Source: Octopus sinensis | Lineage: Eukaryota | NCBI RefSeq assembly: GCF_006345805.1 | Contig: NC_043004.1 | Location: 7,502,001-7,566,000, forward strand | Length of the DNA: 64,000 nucleotides | Reading direction: 5' to 3' | Shown here: positions 63,671-64,000 of the stretch, in pieces | Position numbering within the stretch: the first letter of the stretch is position 1 | Layout: every line of letters starts with the position of its first letter | Made by a program: the position numbers and the translations under genes | Notes under the pieces: generated by a model | The model's input: the letters and a program-made list of their open reading frames with translations, nothing else | What the model was told of the DNA's origin: nothing | Databases searched by the model: none

Positions 63671-64000
63671 CATGCCCACTGTACCAGAAGTTGTCACCTT
63701 CTCAACCTTGAAAAGTTGACTGAATGTGATTTGCTTCTCTTTAACCATAGATGTCTCCTAGAATCAGTTTTGCATTCTTTATTATCATTAATCTGTCATT
63801 TTTGTCATATTCTGATTAAGAAAATAAGTTTTCACTGAAATAATTTGACTTCTAAAAGAACAAGATGAACATTTTTTTTATTGGCATAATTAATGTTCTT
63901 CTGATTAACAAAACAGTTAATCCCTGTTTCTTGAGGTTAATGAAGTCAGTGTTGTCTCTCCTCCTTAAATTAGTTCCCTGTATCCATTCCTACAACACAC

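Overview
AT-rich, microsatellite- and repeat-dense animal genomic DNA. The SINE families point to an octopus (inference). One protein-coding gene is supported, on the + strand: 15 GT-AG exons between 14422 and 57962 splice into one uninterrupted frame of 2158 nt (1 nt + 718 codons + TAA). It encodes the C-terminal module of a divergent dystrophin-family protein: second half of the WW domain, EF-hand region, ZZ zinc finger, coiled coils, an unusual Asn-Gly-aromatic hexapeptide repeat exon, and dystrophin-like terminal motifs. Its 5' end (start codon, first half of WW) could not be located in the window. The rest is intron or flank filled with tRNA-headed SINEs, an (ATG)n-tailed repeat family, RTE and R4/Dong LINE fragments, Tc1, hAT, piggyBac-like and Helitron non-autonomous elements. 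The most striking non-genic signal is a tRNA-headed repeat family carrying a minimal type-I hammerhead ribozyme motif (consensus GACAC-CTGATGA-A-GGCTG-loop-CAGCC-GAAA-CGTT-GTGTT, 8 copies). It occurs mostly as head-to-head inverted dimers, three of them bracketed by direct repeats that look like target-site duplications, an architecture recalling Penelope-like retroelements. Exon and ribozyme coordinates were counted by hand; most repeat boundaries are approximate; no database searches were run.
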